Positions 1-9,125 of a DNA stretch of 64,000 bases are shown here, in pieces (position 1 is the stretch's first letter; each line of letters starts with the position of its first letter). The notes beneath the pieces were generated by a model. That model made no database searches, was not told where the DNA came from, and saw only the letters and a list, made by a program, of their open reading frames with translations. This DNA is from Barthelona sp. PCE (Eukaryota), in NCBI GenBank assembly GCA_040285745.1, contig JAUFOR010000006.1:434001-498000 (forward strand), written 5' to 3'. The translations under genes were made by a program, and so were the position numbers.

Positions 1-138
1 AGGCGTCGTAATAGCAGATCAAATAGTAAATAGTAATCTAATCATTTTCCTGATTTTTAAGCTATCCTTAAACACTCATATAAACTTCTAGCCAAGTTTT
101 TAGTTTAAAATTAGATATCTAAGAGTTATCATTTTTTC

Positions 139-152
139 TACCCTTTTTCGTT
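139..152 (+). promoter_or_regulatory. Candidate core-promoter element TACCCTTTTTCGTT (CCTTTT(T)C family)
   Basis: Identical 14-mer upstream of Mps1 (16584-16597, minus strand). Confidence 0.45.
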
Positions 153-157
153 CTTAA

Positions 158-1408
158 ATGTTAAACGAAACACCATTACTCGTAAAGCTAAATCCTTCTA
201 GACGGAGAAAAGTGGGAAAATCTGCTCCAAAACAGTCAAACAAGTTGATTTCCACAATTCTTTACATAAAATCGTTTGTTGGCATGACTGGAATAAGCGT
301 GGGCTATTTCTTCTCTAAAGTGGGCGTTATACCTGTATTAACTCTTTACCCAATAATTTTGATAATTTCAATAGTACTTATGAATAATTTGAGCGATGTA
401 TATCTGAGTATCTGTGAAGAATGGGGTCGAAAACCCCAGAATACAGGTGAGTTTGTGTCTATTCTTAATCCAGTAACCAAGAGAGTATTCGGAGTATCAA
501 TAATAGCATGCCAGTATTGTTTATGTATGGCATATATTATACTGTTCTGTAACGAACTGAGCTCTCTGATGAATATCACGATTCATTCAATGTTTTTATT
601 TTGTTCAGTTCCACTCATCCTTATAAATCTTTTTCCTTCATTAGTACAGCTTTCTTTCCTGTCTTTCGTTGGCTCCTTTCTCATTTTCTCGTCAATCCTT
701 ACTGTTTTTGGTTCTAGTCTATTTGGAGTTCTCGATTACGGTCTTGATGACTATTTTGTTCCTGTTACAAGTGACGTTTCATCACATATCTTTACATTCA
801 TGGGCGCATGTGTTTTCACATTTGAAGGCACAGCTGTTGTTGTTGTATTGATGAACGCGTTTAAGGAACCTAAATACATTAAAAAACTGAACGTTGGCGT
901 ACTTACGTTTTTATGTTGTCTTTTCATTGCTACAGGCCTTCTTGTGTACGGTCGTGGTGGAACGAACGTACCTCAAATCGTTCCATTAATGCTAGGTGGT
1001 TTTGCATCTAAATACGTTTTTGCAGCTTCATCTTTTGCTTTGTTTTTAACGCATCCACTGATGGCTGCAACAATATACGATATGTTTGAGAAGAGAACGG
1101 AGAAAGATGCAGATGGTAAGGCTATTCAGCTCCCCCCTGAAGTCAACTTTACATTCATTATTCGAAGAGTTGGTATTGTTGTATCAATGCTCTTCAGTGC
1201 TTATTTGCTTCGTAATCAGTTTGGTAAAGTTAATGGTATTGTCTCATCCTCGTTCGGTTCGTACATAACACTCATTGCACCCGCTCAGATTCATATGAAA
1301 TTCATGAAGAATAATATGACCCCTTTCCAGCGCTTAATTGACTGGATTGGTATCATCCTTGGTGTTATTCTTATTCCCATTGGTACTTGGGAAGCAATTA
1401 TCGAGTAA
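158..1408 (+). CDS. Amino acid transporter (Aa_trans/AAAP, SLC36/38-like)
   Basis: 416-aa ORF with about 11 hydrophobic segments; KSFVGMTG in TM1 and FTFEG in TM6 are typical of the family. Confidence 0.85.
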   Translation: MLNETPLLVKLNPSRRRKVGKSAPKQSNKLISTILYIKSFVGMTGISVGYFFSKVGVIPVLTLYPIILIISIVLMNNLSDVYLSICEEWGRKPQNTGEFVSILNPVTKRVFGVSIIACQYCLCMAYIILFCNELSSLMNITIHSMFLFCSVPLILINLFPSLVQLSFLSFVGSFLIFSSILTVFGSSLFGVLDYGLDDYFVPVTSDVSSHIFTFMGACVFTFEGTAVVVVLMNAFKEPKYIKKLNVGVLTFLCCLFIATGLLVYGRGGTNVPQIVPLMLGGFASKYVFAASSFALFLTHPLMAATIYDMFEKRTEKDADGKAIQLPPEVNFTFIIRRVGIVVSMLFSAYLLRNQFGKVNGIVSSSFGSYITLIAPAQIHMKFMKNNMTPFQRLIDWIGIILGVILIPIGTWEAIIE

Positions 1409-1486
1409 AAAAGTATGTAGATAGAGATAACAGTTGTTGATATAAGTGCACCACCTTGTTTATGAAAAGACAACCTCTTTCTTACT

Positions 1487-2431
1487 ATGATTTTTGAAGA
1501 AGGAACTTTGGTATTTGAGGGCCCACAGGGACAATCCATAACTATAGAGGAACCAAACTCATTTCTTATCTCTGGTAACGTACTATACTATCCTTTAAAG
1601 AAGTTCATCGTTGTTGTGAACCCATTGAATGGGTTAGAACAGGTATTTATCCTTGCGCCATCATTGCAAGATGCAACTATTTTGCATGTTGACATATGCT
1701 TTGTATTATTATCTTGTACGGATAGATGTGTGCGCCGTATCAGTGTATCCCCCGATGGCCAGCAATCAGAAACACTGCTGACTATGGATAAAGAAGGTGA
1801 GAAAGTTGTTGCTTGTGCGTGGCAGGGATTATGCATAGTCATGAATGGTGATTCTTTCTTTCTGAATGGATCTAGGTTCTACTCCAAGGACAATGACGAT
1901 GTTCTAGACCACGTAGTATTTCATAGAACACTTCCTTTCTTTGTTTTGTCATTCTCACAGTATGCATTGTTTTTTAAGTTTTCATCTAATGAATTATTAA
2001 CGCTAAGGTTCGATAAGGGGCTTGGTTTCCTTGAATTTAACCCTGTTAAACCATCATTTTTAACAACCGTACACAATGAAGGTCAATTTGAACCAGTGTA
2101 TGGAGAGTTTTCCTTTAATAATGAAAATCCAGGTGTAAGGGCATTGTGTATTAGTGACAGTTTCAATTACACACCAAACATGAACTGGATTGATGAAAGC
2201 AGGTTTATTACAAGTAGAATTAATTCAGAAAAAATTGAGGTGTATAAGTTGGTTTCTCAACCTGATAGGTTTGATATTGACCCTCAGAACGAACTCATAG
2301 AAGCCCTTTCTGATGTAGCTTGCAACCCTTCAAAGATGATTGGTGATCAAATATGTGTTTTTGATAAGCAAGCAAAAAAGTTCTTTGTACATAAGTTGGG
2401 TTCATTATCAATGGAATTGGTTATGGTATAG
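1487..2431 (+). CDS. Hypothetical protein, beta-strand-rich (possible divergent beta-propeller)
   Basis: 314-aa ATG-initiated ORF filling the space between neighbours; no recognised motif. Confidence 0.7.
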   Translation: MIFEEGTLVFEGPQGQSITIEEPNSFLISGNVLYYPLKKFIVVVNPLNGLEQVFILAPSLQDATILHVDICFVLLSCTDRCVRRISVSPDGQQSETLLTMDKEGEKVVACAWQGLCIVMNGDSFFLNGSRFYSKDNDDVLDHVVFHRTLPFFVLSFSQYALFFKFSSNELLTLRFDKGLGFLEFNPVKPSFLTTVHNEGQFEPVYGEFSFNNENPGVRALCISDSFNYTPNMNWIDESRFITSRINSEKIEVYKLVSQPDRFDIDPQNELIEALSDVACNPSKMIGDQICVFDKQAKKFFVHKLGSLSMELVMV

Positions 2432-2520
2432 TATGTGATACTTAACACAAGTTATAAGATTCCATTTTCTGTCATTTCATCTTGTAAAACCTTTTTTATT
2501 AGCATTCAACATTATTTTCG

Positions 2521-3501
2521 ATGCAAGTTGCATATCCCTTTGACTTTGATGAGGTTTTAACATTTCCAATGGAGGAAATTGAAGCTAGCATGAAAGCTTT
2601 ATATGATAGGAATTTATTTCCTCATTACGATACTTTTGAAGCGTTTTTTGAGGTTTTCTGGGACCGGTTTGGTACTGGAAGGTTGGTCCATGGGATCACA
2701 TGTGATTCAGACTGTCCAGAAGAATTTTTCATTCCATTTGATGATGAAGTCTTTTGGAATCTTGTTTTAACAGCATTCATTGAGCCCCACAGCACTAATT
2801 TGCACACCCAAGTATTGTTTCTTTGTTATTGTCCCCTATTCAATACTGATTTTGAAATATGTCCAATTCATGATCTTTTAGATGTAGCAATTATTGAGAC
2901 TAAGGATTCCTCATTGGTTGTCCGCTCTATCCCCCTCTTATTAAACATTTCTGCTTACATCAATAGTGGTTATAGATTAAATGATGATTCTACAGATGAA
3001 ATTAAAGAAGCACAAGTATATGAACGAAAGATAAGTAGTATTATTAGACATTGCGAAACAGTGGATGTTCAGTATCTTCCTCAATGTTTTGATCTTCTTA
3101 CAACATTTATTGTCACCAAAGTTGATACATCATTAATTGCTAAACTCATATCAATTGTTCTTGGTCATTTTGAAAGAGATAGTGCTTCCATGAGCTCTGT
3201 GCTCCGTATGCATGAGCTATGTCCATTTGTTTTTATGTTTTTTAAATCAATTGAAACTTTTGAAGATATCTTTTTAAGTTATTTAGATAGTATTAGAGAA
3301 AAAGTTTTTGATTTGCCAAACACTGTTGTCCTGGCTCTGATCAAATTGCTAAATGGTCAGTTTCAGTGTTTAGCATACCCAGATCTGGTTAATAATTTGA
3401 ATGTTGCGCTTTCTGTTGTTAAAGATTCGTTCCAAGGTACTGTTGATGGTTTACCCCCTGTGAACAGGGCTAGATTCGATGCTTGGTTGGCAGAAATGTA
3501 A
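2521..3501 (+). CDS. Hypothetical protein, helical (possibly ARM/HEAT-like)
   Basis: 326-aa ORF with amphipathic helical pattern; no recognised motif. Confidence 0.7.
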   Translation: MQVAYPFDFDEVLTFPMEEIEASMKALYDRNLFPHYDTFEAFFEVFWDRFGTGRLVHGITCDSDCPEEFFIPFDDEVFWNLVLTAFIEPHSTNLHTQVLFLCYCPLFNTDFEICPIHDLLDVAIIETKDSSLVVRSIPLLLNISAYINSGYRLNDDSTDEIKEAQVYERKISSIIRHCETVDVQYLPQCFDLLTTFIVTKVDTSLIAKLISIVLGHFERDSASMSSVLRMHELCPFVFMFFKSIETFEDIFLSYLDSIREKVFDLPNTVVLALIKLLNGQFQCLAYPDLVNNLNVALSVVKDSFQGTVDGLPPVNRARFDAWLAEM

Positions 3502-3537
3502 TAAATGTGCTTTTATTCTTGTGTTACCAATAATCCA

Positions 3538-3576
3538 GTATGTTTTTTGGATTTGGTTTTCTCACTTTTCTCTCAG
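3538..3576 (+). other. Candidate 39-nt spliceosomal intron in the 5' UTR of the gene at 3609
   Basis: GTATGT donor (same as the kinesin intron), CTCAC branch-like site, TTTTCTCTCAG acceptor. Confidence 0.5.
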
Positions 3577-3608
3577 GGCCATACGTTTATAAAAAGAAGA
3601 ATAGAGTG

Positions 3609-4637
3609 ATGCCCTTCAGATTACTCGTTCAATTCAATATTGAACAAGTTACAAATTTTTCGATATTTCAAAGACTTGGGTTTGATATGTTTTATGTCAA
3701 CCTAAACTATTTCGGGCGAATGAAGCAGAGTCACAATTATATTTTCACCGAGGGAGCAATGCGCCCAAAGGACTTTTCGTTTAATTTTGAACTGGATTTC
3801 CCTGCTGCTAGTGATCTTGAATCGGTTGTAGGTTTGCTACAGAGCCAGAAATGCACGCTTCAGTTAGTGTCAAGCGGAAACGAACTTAGTTCGAACGTTC
3901 TGCTTGCAAGCTACACAACAGATGGTGCTGATTTTGTATTTGATGCACATAACTTCAATGGGTCACTCACATACTTTGAAAGGGACGTGCTATTGACACC
4001 ACAAAGCGGCCTATTAATCAGTTCTGTGCCTTGTATATCATATTCGATAGAAACATCAGTGTTTGATTTACAACAACCTGTTTTGGGTACTGAAACAGTC
4101 AGTTTTCCCCGAATTCCATCATTTAAAAAATCAAAAGTTAAATTACCCAAAAGTTTAACAAACCCTCCAGTGTACAAAAACAAAAAGAAGAAAAAGAAGA
4201 GGACGAGGCCTGTTACTGAGCGAGCTCGTGACTCGCGTAGGATTCAACGAGGTAAGGTAACAGAACATATTGATACAGCCCACAATGTTTTGAACAACGT
4301 ACATAATTATTTAGGTAGTTTTGCGGTTAATAACCCTCAACGCCGCATGTTCAAAGTGGAAAAAACACCTTTAACCCCCCAAAAATTCTGCAAAAGAAGA
4401 CAATGTCGTGTTTGTAATCAAACTAGTCCCATGAAGCAATATAAAGGTAGGCTTGTGAATACCAAGCAAAGAGCGACTGAATTGGCAGAAGCCTTTGAAC
4501 ATGCGCGAAGAATGCGCTGGAAAGAGACTAAGGATTTTTTAGATACCTATGAACGGGCTGCTGATAAAACACTTAGTCCACTGGAGACGTACGCGTCCAA
4601 ACACAGACGGCTCACCAGTTACGTTCAGCTCTTGTAG
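3609..4637 (+). CDS. Hypothetical protein: beta-rich N-terminal domain, basic poly-Lys stretch, CxxC near C-terminus
   Basis: ORF 3540-4637; the ATG at 3540 lies inside the candidate intron, so MPFRLL at 3609 is the preferred start. Confidence 0.7.
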   Translation: MPFRLLVQFNIEQVTNFSIFQRLGFDMFYVNLNYFGRMKQSHNYIFTEGAMRPKDFSFNFELDFPAASDLESVVGLLQSQKCTLQLVSSGNELSSNVLLASYTTDGADFVFDAHNFNGSLTYFERDVLLTPQSGLLISSVPCISYSIETSVFDLQQPVLGTETVSFPRIPSFKKSKVKLPKSLTNPPVYKNKKKKKKRTRPVTERARDSRRIQRGKVTEHIDTAHNVLNNVHNYLGSFAVNNPQRRMFKVEKTPLTPQKFCKRRQCRVCNQTSPMKQYKGRLVNTKQRATELAEAFEHARRMRWKETKDFLDTYERAADKTLSPLETYASKHRRLTSYVQLL

Positions 4638-4830
4638 TAAAAACATGTTGTCCAATATCAAGATAGAATCTTTCGATTTTTGTTACTTTCTCTGTTAGAA
4701 ATCTGTAATTTCCGATACACTCACCCGTTTACAATGGAAATTATAAACTGTAAGAGTCACAACATTGTTTTTGTGTTTACCCCTTGTTTTCTAGCTTTTA
4801 CACTTTATTTTTTGGCTTGTTTACATTTTA

Positions 4831-6933
4831 ATGGTTCCAACACCCCTTGAAAAGCTGAAGGCTAATGTCTATGATGAATTGTTCAACCTTTTAATGAATA
4901 GGTGGAAAACACTTGATAAAAACCCTTATAACCTGGTTGGTCTCACGCGAAAGGAGCGTCGGAAGCGTTTTTTCGTCCCCGTTACAGAGTCACAGGCTCA
5001 TATTGTCGTCGGTCTTTCCACAAACTCCCTCAGCACTATTAGTACTTATCTTCACACCATCACCAGCTCTGAGATCAAAAGTCTACGTTCGGCAGTTTTC
5101 TGTGTGTACGATACTGTTTCCAAACAAGATATTGTTGTACTTCTAACTTTACCGGGTGGTATATATCCGTTCTGTGTTCAGTGCACTGAAGGTAAGCTGC
5201 AGTTCACAGAACTCACAGACCTCAACAACGACCTTGACTTTGAATGTATCCAGATATCTTCGTTTTTAAGAGACGCTGTTCGTCCTTTACCGAATTTATT
5301 TGCAACCCATTTCATAGCTATGGATTATCACGATGAGAGAAATACCCTCAGCATCATCAGTGAGAACTACGATCGGTTGTATAAGCTCTATGGAACACAT
5401 CTTGAGGATGTCGAACTGACCCCATCGAATTCAGTGTTGACTGATGTGCTTTTTAACTTCTTTATTAATACATGTCGTTATCATGATGCTAAGAAGTTCT
5501 TTGCTTCAGTCAACGTTAAGGAATTAGAGTACTTGGTTGCTTATTTCCATTGTTTAGTTGAAAAAACAGAAGAAAATATGGAAATATTGTTGCAAATTAT
5601 TGATAAAATCGAAAATCCTGCTGAAAAAATAATGGCATATGTTGTGAGCGGCAAGGTATTGATATATGGAAAGTTTGATAGCTTTATTGATCGCTTAGTT
5701 GAGTCAATACTATCACTTATTGATGACTTCCCTACTTACAGTGAAGCTTTCGCTATGTTGGCTAATCTTTACATTCTTCGCAAGAAATATCGCAGTGCCC
5801 TCTTCTTCCTGAACAGGACTGACGTTACCATTGATCAGTACATGAAATATTTGAATATTTATGATCAGAAGCTAAAGGGAACGTACTGCTTTGATGAAAC
5901 ACTAAATAAGCGAAAGGAGAAACTGTTCAAGGTGTTCGAGACTGTTGAGATCAGCGATGGTGAGATAGAATCAATGGAGAATTCGTTTGACACATTACTA
6001 AACATCCCGACTGATTTGGTATTCAACGAAAGCTTCGTAGAGAATCTTCACATACGAATTCCCACACTAACTCAACAGTTTTATGAGGATAGACAGAAGG
6101 ATATCGATGAGTATGAATGTCATCCCTTCAGACACTTCCTTAACCATAAGTACTATCCTTACACAAGAATGTATCGGAAGTTAAATGTGTTAAAGGTCTT
6201 GTATGATACTTTGCTACGCTTGTTTTTGCAGGTTCATTTTGATGATCTGATTTCGTTGAGAGAAGAGATTTTCTGTAATGAAGGTGTGGAAAGAATTGAT
6301 AGTGTTGCAACGCTTGATCTTGATGATGACGTTGTACCCGAGACAAAACTGAGCCTTCATCTCATGTTTTTGTTTGAGGTGCTTGTTCTTGATGCAAGAC
6401 AATTTACTCGTTATAGGGGTGAGGCTTATAGTTATGGTCGGAAGAAGAAACGTAATATCGAAGATCTACATATGGGACTCACGTCTGTGACACAAGAGAG
6501 CTCTGAGGAGTCATCAGAGACGGAAGAGGAGGATGTTCTAACATGCATGCAGTGGCGTGAACTTGGATTACTTTATTGCAGACTTTCTTCACCAGATGTT
6601 GCAATTGGAGCATTCAAAAAATCTATTAACTTAAGTCATGAGTTTCCTCTGCTGGTTTGGATGGATTTTATTCAATTCTATGCTACTTTAGGTTCTATTC
6701 ATGATTGTCTGAAGTGTCTAGATTTTGTATGTAAGAGTTACTTCCCAACCGTACCATTCACTGACGTCGTCGCTTTCCCTAGGCACTTGCATCGATCTGT
6801 TATTAGGCTAGTTGCCAAATTCGGTTTACAATCTGTGAGAGATGCACAAAATCAAATCGGGGAACCACATGCTTTCCTTAATTGGGCTTTCCATGACATT
6901 GTTAGATGTAAGAACTATGGCTATGACGAGTAG
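4831..6933 (+). CDS. ChAPs family (Chs5-Arf1-binding, Bch1/Bud7-like exomer adaptor) TPR protein
   Basis: 700 aa; AMLANLYI..KYRSALFFLN, WRELGLLYCRL..AIGAFKKSI and LVAKFGLQSVR resemble conserved ChAPs blocks, in the expected order. Confidence 0.6.
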   Translation: MVPTPLEKLKANVYDELFNLLMNRWKTLDKNPYNLVGLTRKERRKRFFVPVTESQAHIVVGLSTNSLSTISTYLHTITSSEIKSLRSAVFCVYDTVSKQDIVVLLTLPGGIYPFCVQCTEGKLQFTELTDLNNDLDFECIQISSFLRDAVRPLPNLFATHFIAMDYHDERNTLSIISENYDRLYKLYGTHLEDVELTPSNSVLTDVLFNFFINTCRYHDAKKFFASVNVKELEYLVAYFHCLVEKTEENMEILLQIIDKIENPAEKIMAYVVSGKVLIYGKFDSFIDRLVESILSLIDDFPTYSEAFAMLANLYILRKKYRSALFFLNRTDVTIDQYMKYLNIYDQKLKGTYCFDETLNKRKEKLFKVFETVEISDGEIESMENSFDTLLNIPTDLVFNESFVENLHIRIPTLTQQFYEDRQKDIDEYECHPFRHFLNHKYYPYTRMYRKLNVLKVLYDTLLRLFLQVHFDDLISLREEIFCNEGVERIDSVATLDLDDDVVPETKLSLHLMFLFEVLVLDARQFTRYRGEAYSYGRKKKRNIEDLHMGLTSVTQESSEESSETEEEDVLTCMQWRELGLLYCRLSSPDVAIGAFKKSINLSHEFPLLVWMDFIQFYATLGSIHDCLKCLDFVCKSYFPTVPFTDVVAFPRHLHRSVIRLVAKFGLQSVRDAQNQIGEPHAFLNWAFHDIVRCKNYGYDE

Positions 6934-8784
6934 TTACTCAAAACTGAGCATATCCTTGTAAATATACAAAAATATGAGAACTGATAATATAAGAACAATG
7001 GGCAGCAATTTCAGCATATATTTGGATGTGGAGTACTTCTTAGCGATCTTACTGTGAAGCTCCTCAACATACTCAGCGTTAGCACGCACTTTCCTAATCA
7101 TACCTTTCACTTTCAGCGCTGCGTCGAATTTTGATTCAATGCTACTCTTAACAACCTTCAATGTGCGAAGAAAGGGGCGGACGTGTGCTCTATCAAGGCG
7201 ACAATATACACCACGGTTTGCAATTTGCAGAATATGTTTCGAAGCGGGAACAACCAAGAGGTTTCTAGGGTTCTTGGCCATCTTACGCATCTTTATACCT
7301 GAGCTTTGGCAGTACATAGCACCAATTGCAGTTAATTGCGCTACTTCAATTGTATACAACGTACGGAGACAACCTTGCTGTTCAAGTATCCGTGAGGCAT
7401 AAGTGGTAGCAACTGTATGGATACCTTTAAACTTTTGTGGTGTGTGCTGCTCCATCGTTGCGTATGCTTGGGCACCGAATCGCTGGAGAATAGCAATGGC
7501 ATCACCTAAAAGAAGACTGTTAATGAACCTCTTGTTCTCATCAATGATGTAAAACATTGCTTCGAGCATGTGGCAGGAGGCTGCTGAAGGCACAATGATG
7601 GTCTTTAACGTTTCATAGATGTAACGCCACTTCTTTGGGATAATGGGGATATCATCCAATACTCCGTTACGTTCTTGCTCAAAACATTCGTACTCGAGTA
7701 AGCTGAGTAGGGGTCTGTACAGATCTGGGTACGAAAAAGCAGGAAAATCACTTGATCTACATCTAAGAAGGACGGTATTACAAATTTTCCTCAAAAATTC
7801 ACCATATTCAGCAGATACCTTGCTAATCTCAACGTGTGTGCCCAACAGCCTGTGGAATGTAACAGAAACAGCGATTTCAATGTCCAAAAACGCAATTTGA
7901 GCAATTAAGTACTGTAATATTGGAATAGAAGCAACACTAATTGTCTTCCTCTTCTCAAGGATTCCAATTGTAGTAGAAACGTAACTTAACTGTTCAAAAA
8001 TTGAATCTCCATCTTCTGGTGTAAGATAATAGGCGCAAGCCAATTCTGGAACAAAATGTAAGCACAATTGAACAAACAGACATGGACCTGCCATTGGGTT
8101 CCGTTTACCACCAAACCCCAAAATGATTGTATCAAGAATTTTCTTAAAAACAAAGACATCCTTCATTGTTTCAGAAATAAACGTTTGGAAAACATTGAAA
8201 ATATGTTCACTAACCATACAAACGGGGTAAGAGTTCTTCACAGAGAATTCTGAAACGTCGTTGAGACCGTTCAATGAAGGATTAATAATCTCATCGTTAT
8301 CAACCTGATTGAAAAATTCCTGAAGCTTACCAACAAGATAGAATACTTTAGACTCCTCGGTAGACTGCTCAGCTGCCTCCTTGATCCAGACACTAACGAT
8401 GTCTGGATTCAATTCACCCATTCGTTCCTTTAGAGAAACTGTGACGACACTAGCGTTCTTCTTTTTATGCTTAGAGCGGTTCTTCTTGGGGGCTGTCTGC
8501 TTACGTTCCTCAACAAACACGATAGTTTTGCTGTCAACCTCAGGTTCAACTACAGCTTGGACTATTGGTCCTTTTGTATTGTTAGGAATATTTGGAACGA
8601 CGTCATTACCGAGCACATCGTATGGGTTACCTGTAGCCTCTTGTTTGCTAAGTTCTCGCAAACGTTGATTGTGTTTGTTTTTTCTCTTCTGCCTACGATC
8701 AGTCATGATATGCCAACCCTCGTCTTGCAACTTTTGCTGAGTATTTCTCTTTTTGTGAGATCTGGGAATGTGAAATTCGCTCAT
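6934..8784 (-). CDS. Tail-anchored membrane protein, TMEM214-like
   Basis: N-terminal GW..(basic) motif, helical body, single C-terminal TM (LLPIVLILSVLIFLYI); start at MSEFH preferred over 8817; family call tentative. Confidence 0.5.
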   Translation of the reverse strand: MSEFHIPRSHKKRNTQQKLQDEGWHIMTDRRQKRKNKHNQRLRELSKQEATGNPYDVLGNDVVPNIPNNTKGPIVQAVVEPEVDSKTIVFVEERKQTAPKKNRSKHKKKNASVVTVSLKERMGELNPDIVSVWIKEAAEQSTEESKVFYLVGKLQEFFNQVDNDEIINPSLNGLNDVSEFSVKNSYPVCMVSEHIFNVFQTFISETMKDVFVFKKILDTIILGFGGKRNPMAGPCLFVQLCLHFVPELACAYYLTPEDGDSIFEQLSYVSTTIGILEKRKTISVASIPILQYLIAQIAFLDIEIAVSVTFHRLLGTHVEISKVSAEYGEFLRKICNTVLLRCRSSDFPAFSYPDLYRPLLSLLEYECFEQERNGVLDDIPIIPKKWRYIYETLKTIIVPSAASCHMLEAMFYIIDENKRFINSLLLGDAIAILQRFGAQAYATMEQHTPQKFKGIHTVATTYASRILEQQGCLRTLYTIEVAQLTAIGAMYCQSSGIKMRKMAKNPRNLLVVPASKHILQIANRGVYCRLDRAHVRPFLRTLKVVKSSIESKFDAALKVKGMIRKVRANAEYVEELHSKIAKKYSTSKYMLKLLPIVLILSVLIFLYIYKDMLSFE

Positions 8785-9125
8785 TAATCGTGAATAAATG
8801 CAATAATGCAATAACATGTTTACATCTCAATAGTACTGGATTTGAACGGTTTACTTGGAATATTCCGCCCATATTAGCCAAGAGATCTCCATATTTCATC
8901 AGCTGAAGAAGAAAGCAACAGTTAACTTTAGGTTAATAGTAAATCAGCTTGAAATATCGATAAAGAGGTTAAATAAACAAGCTTTTGCGTCGGCGCATGA
9001 ATATGAATATGTTTTACACTTGTTTATGGTTTCCAACCTTTTTCTGCAGTTTTCACACTCAGGATCACTCCATATCCTTCATTTCACACTTTAATCCATT
9101 TTAAAACACAAAACACGCAAACAAA

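Noticed and set aside
4704..4794. Hairpin TAATTTCC/GGAAATTA and a possible GTAAGA...CTAG intron (4750-4794)
   Set aside because: Short AT-rich stem; weaker donor, and splicing gives no in-frame exon; insufficient support
8855..9094. 79-aa ORF in the divergent spacer
   Set aside because: Non-ATG start, low-complexity promoter-like sequence
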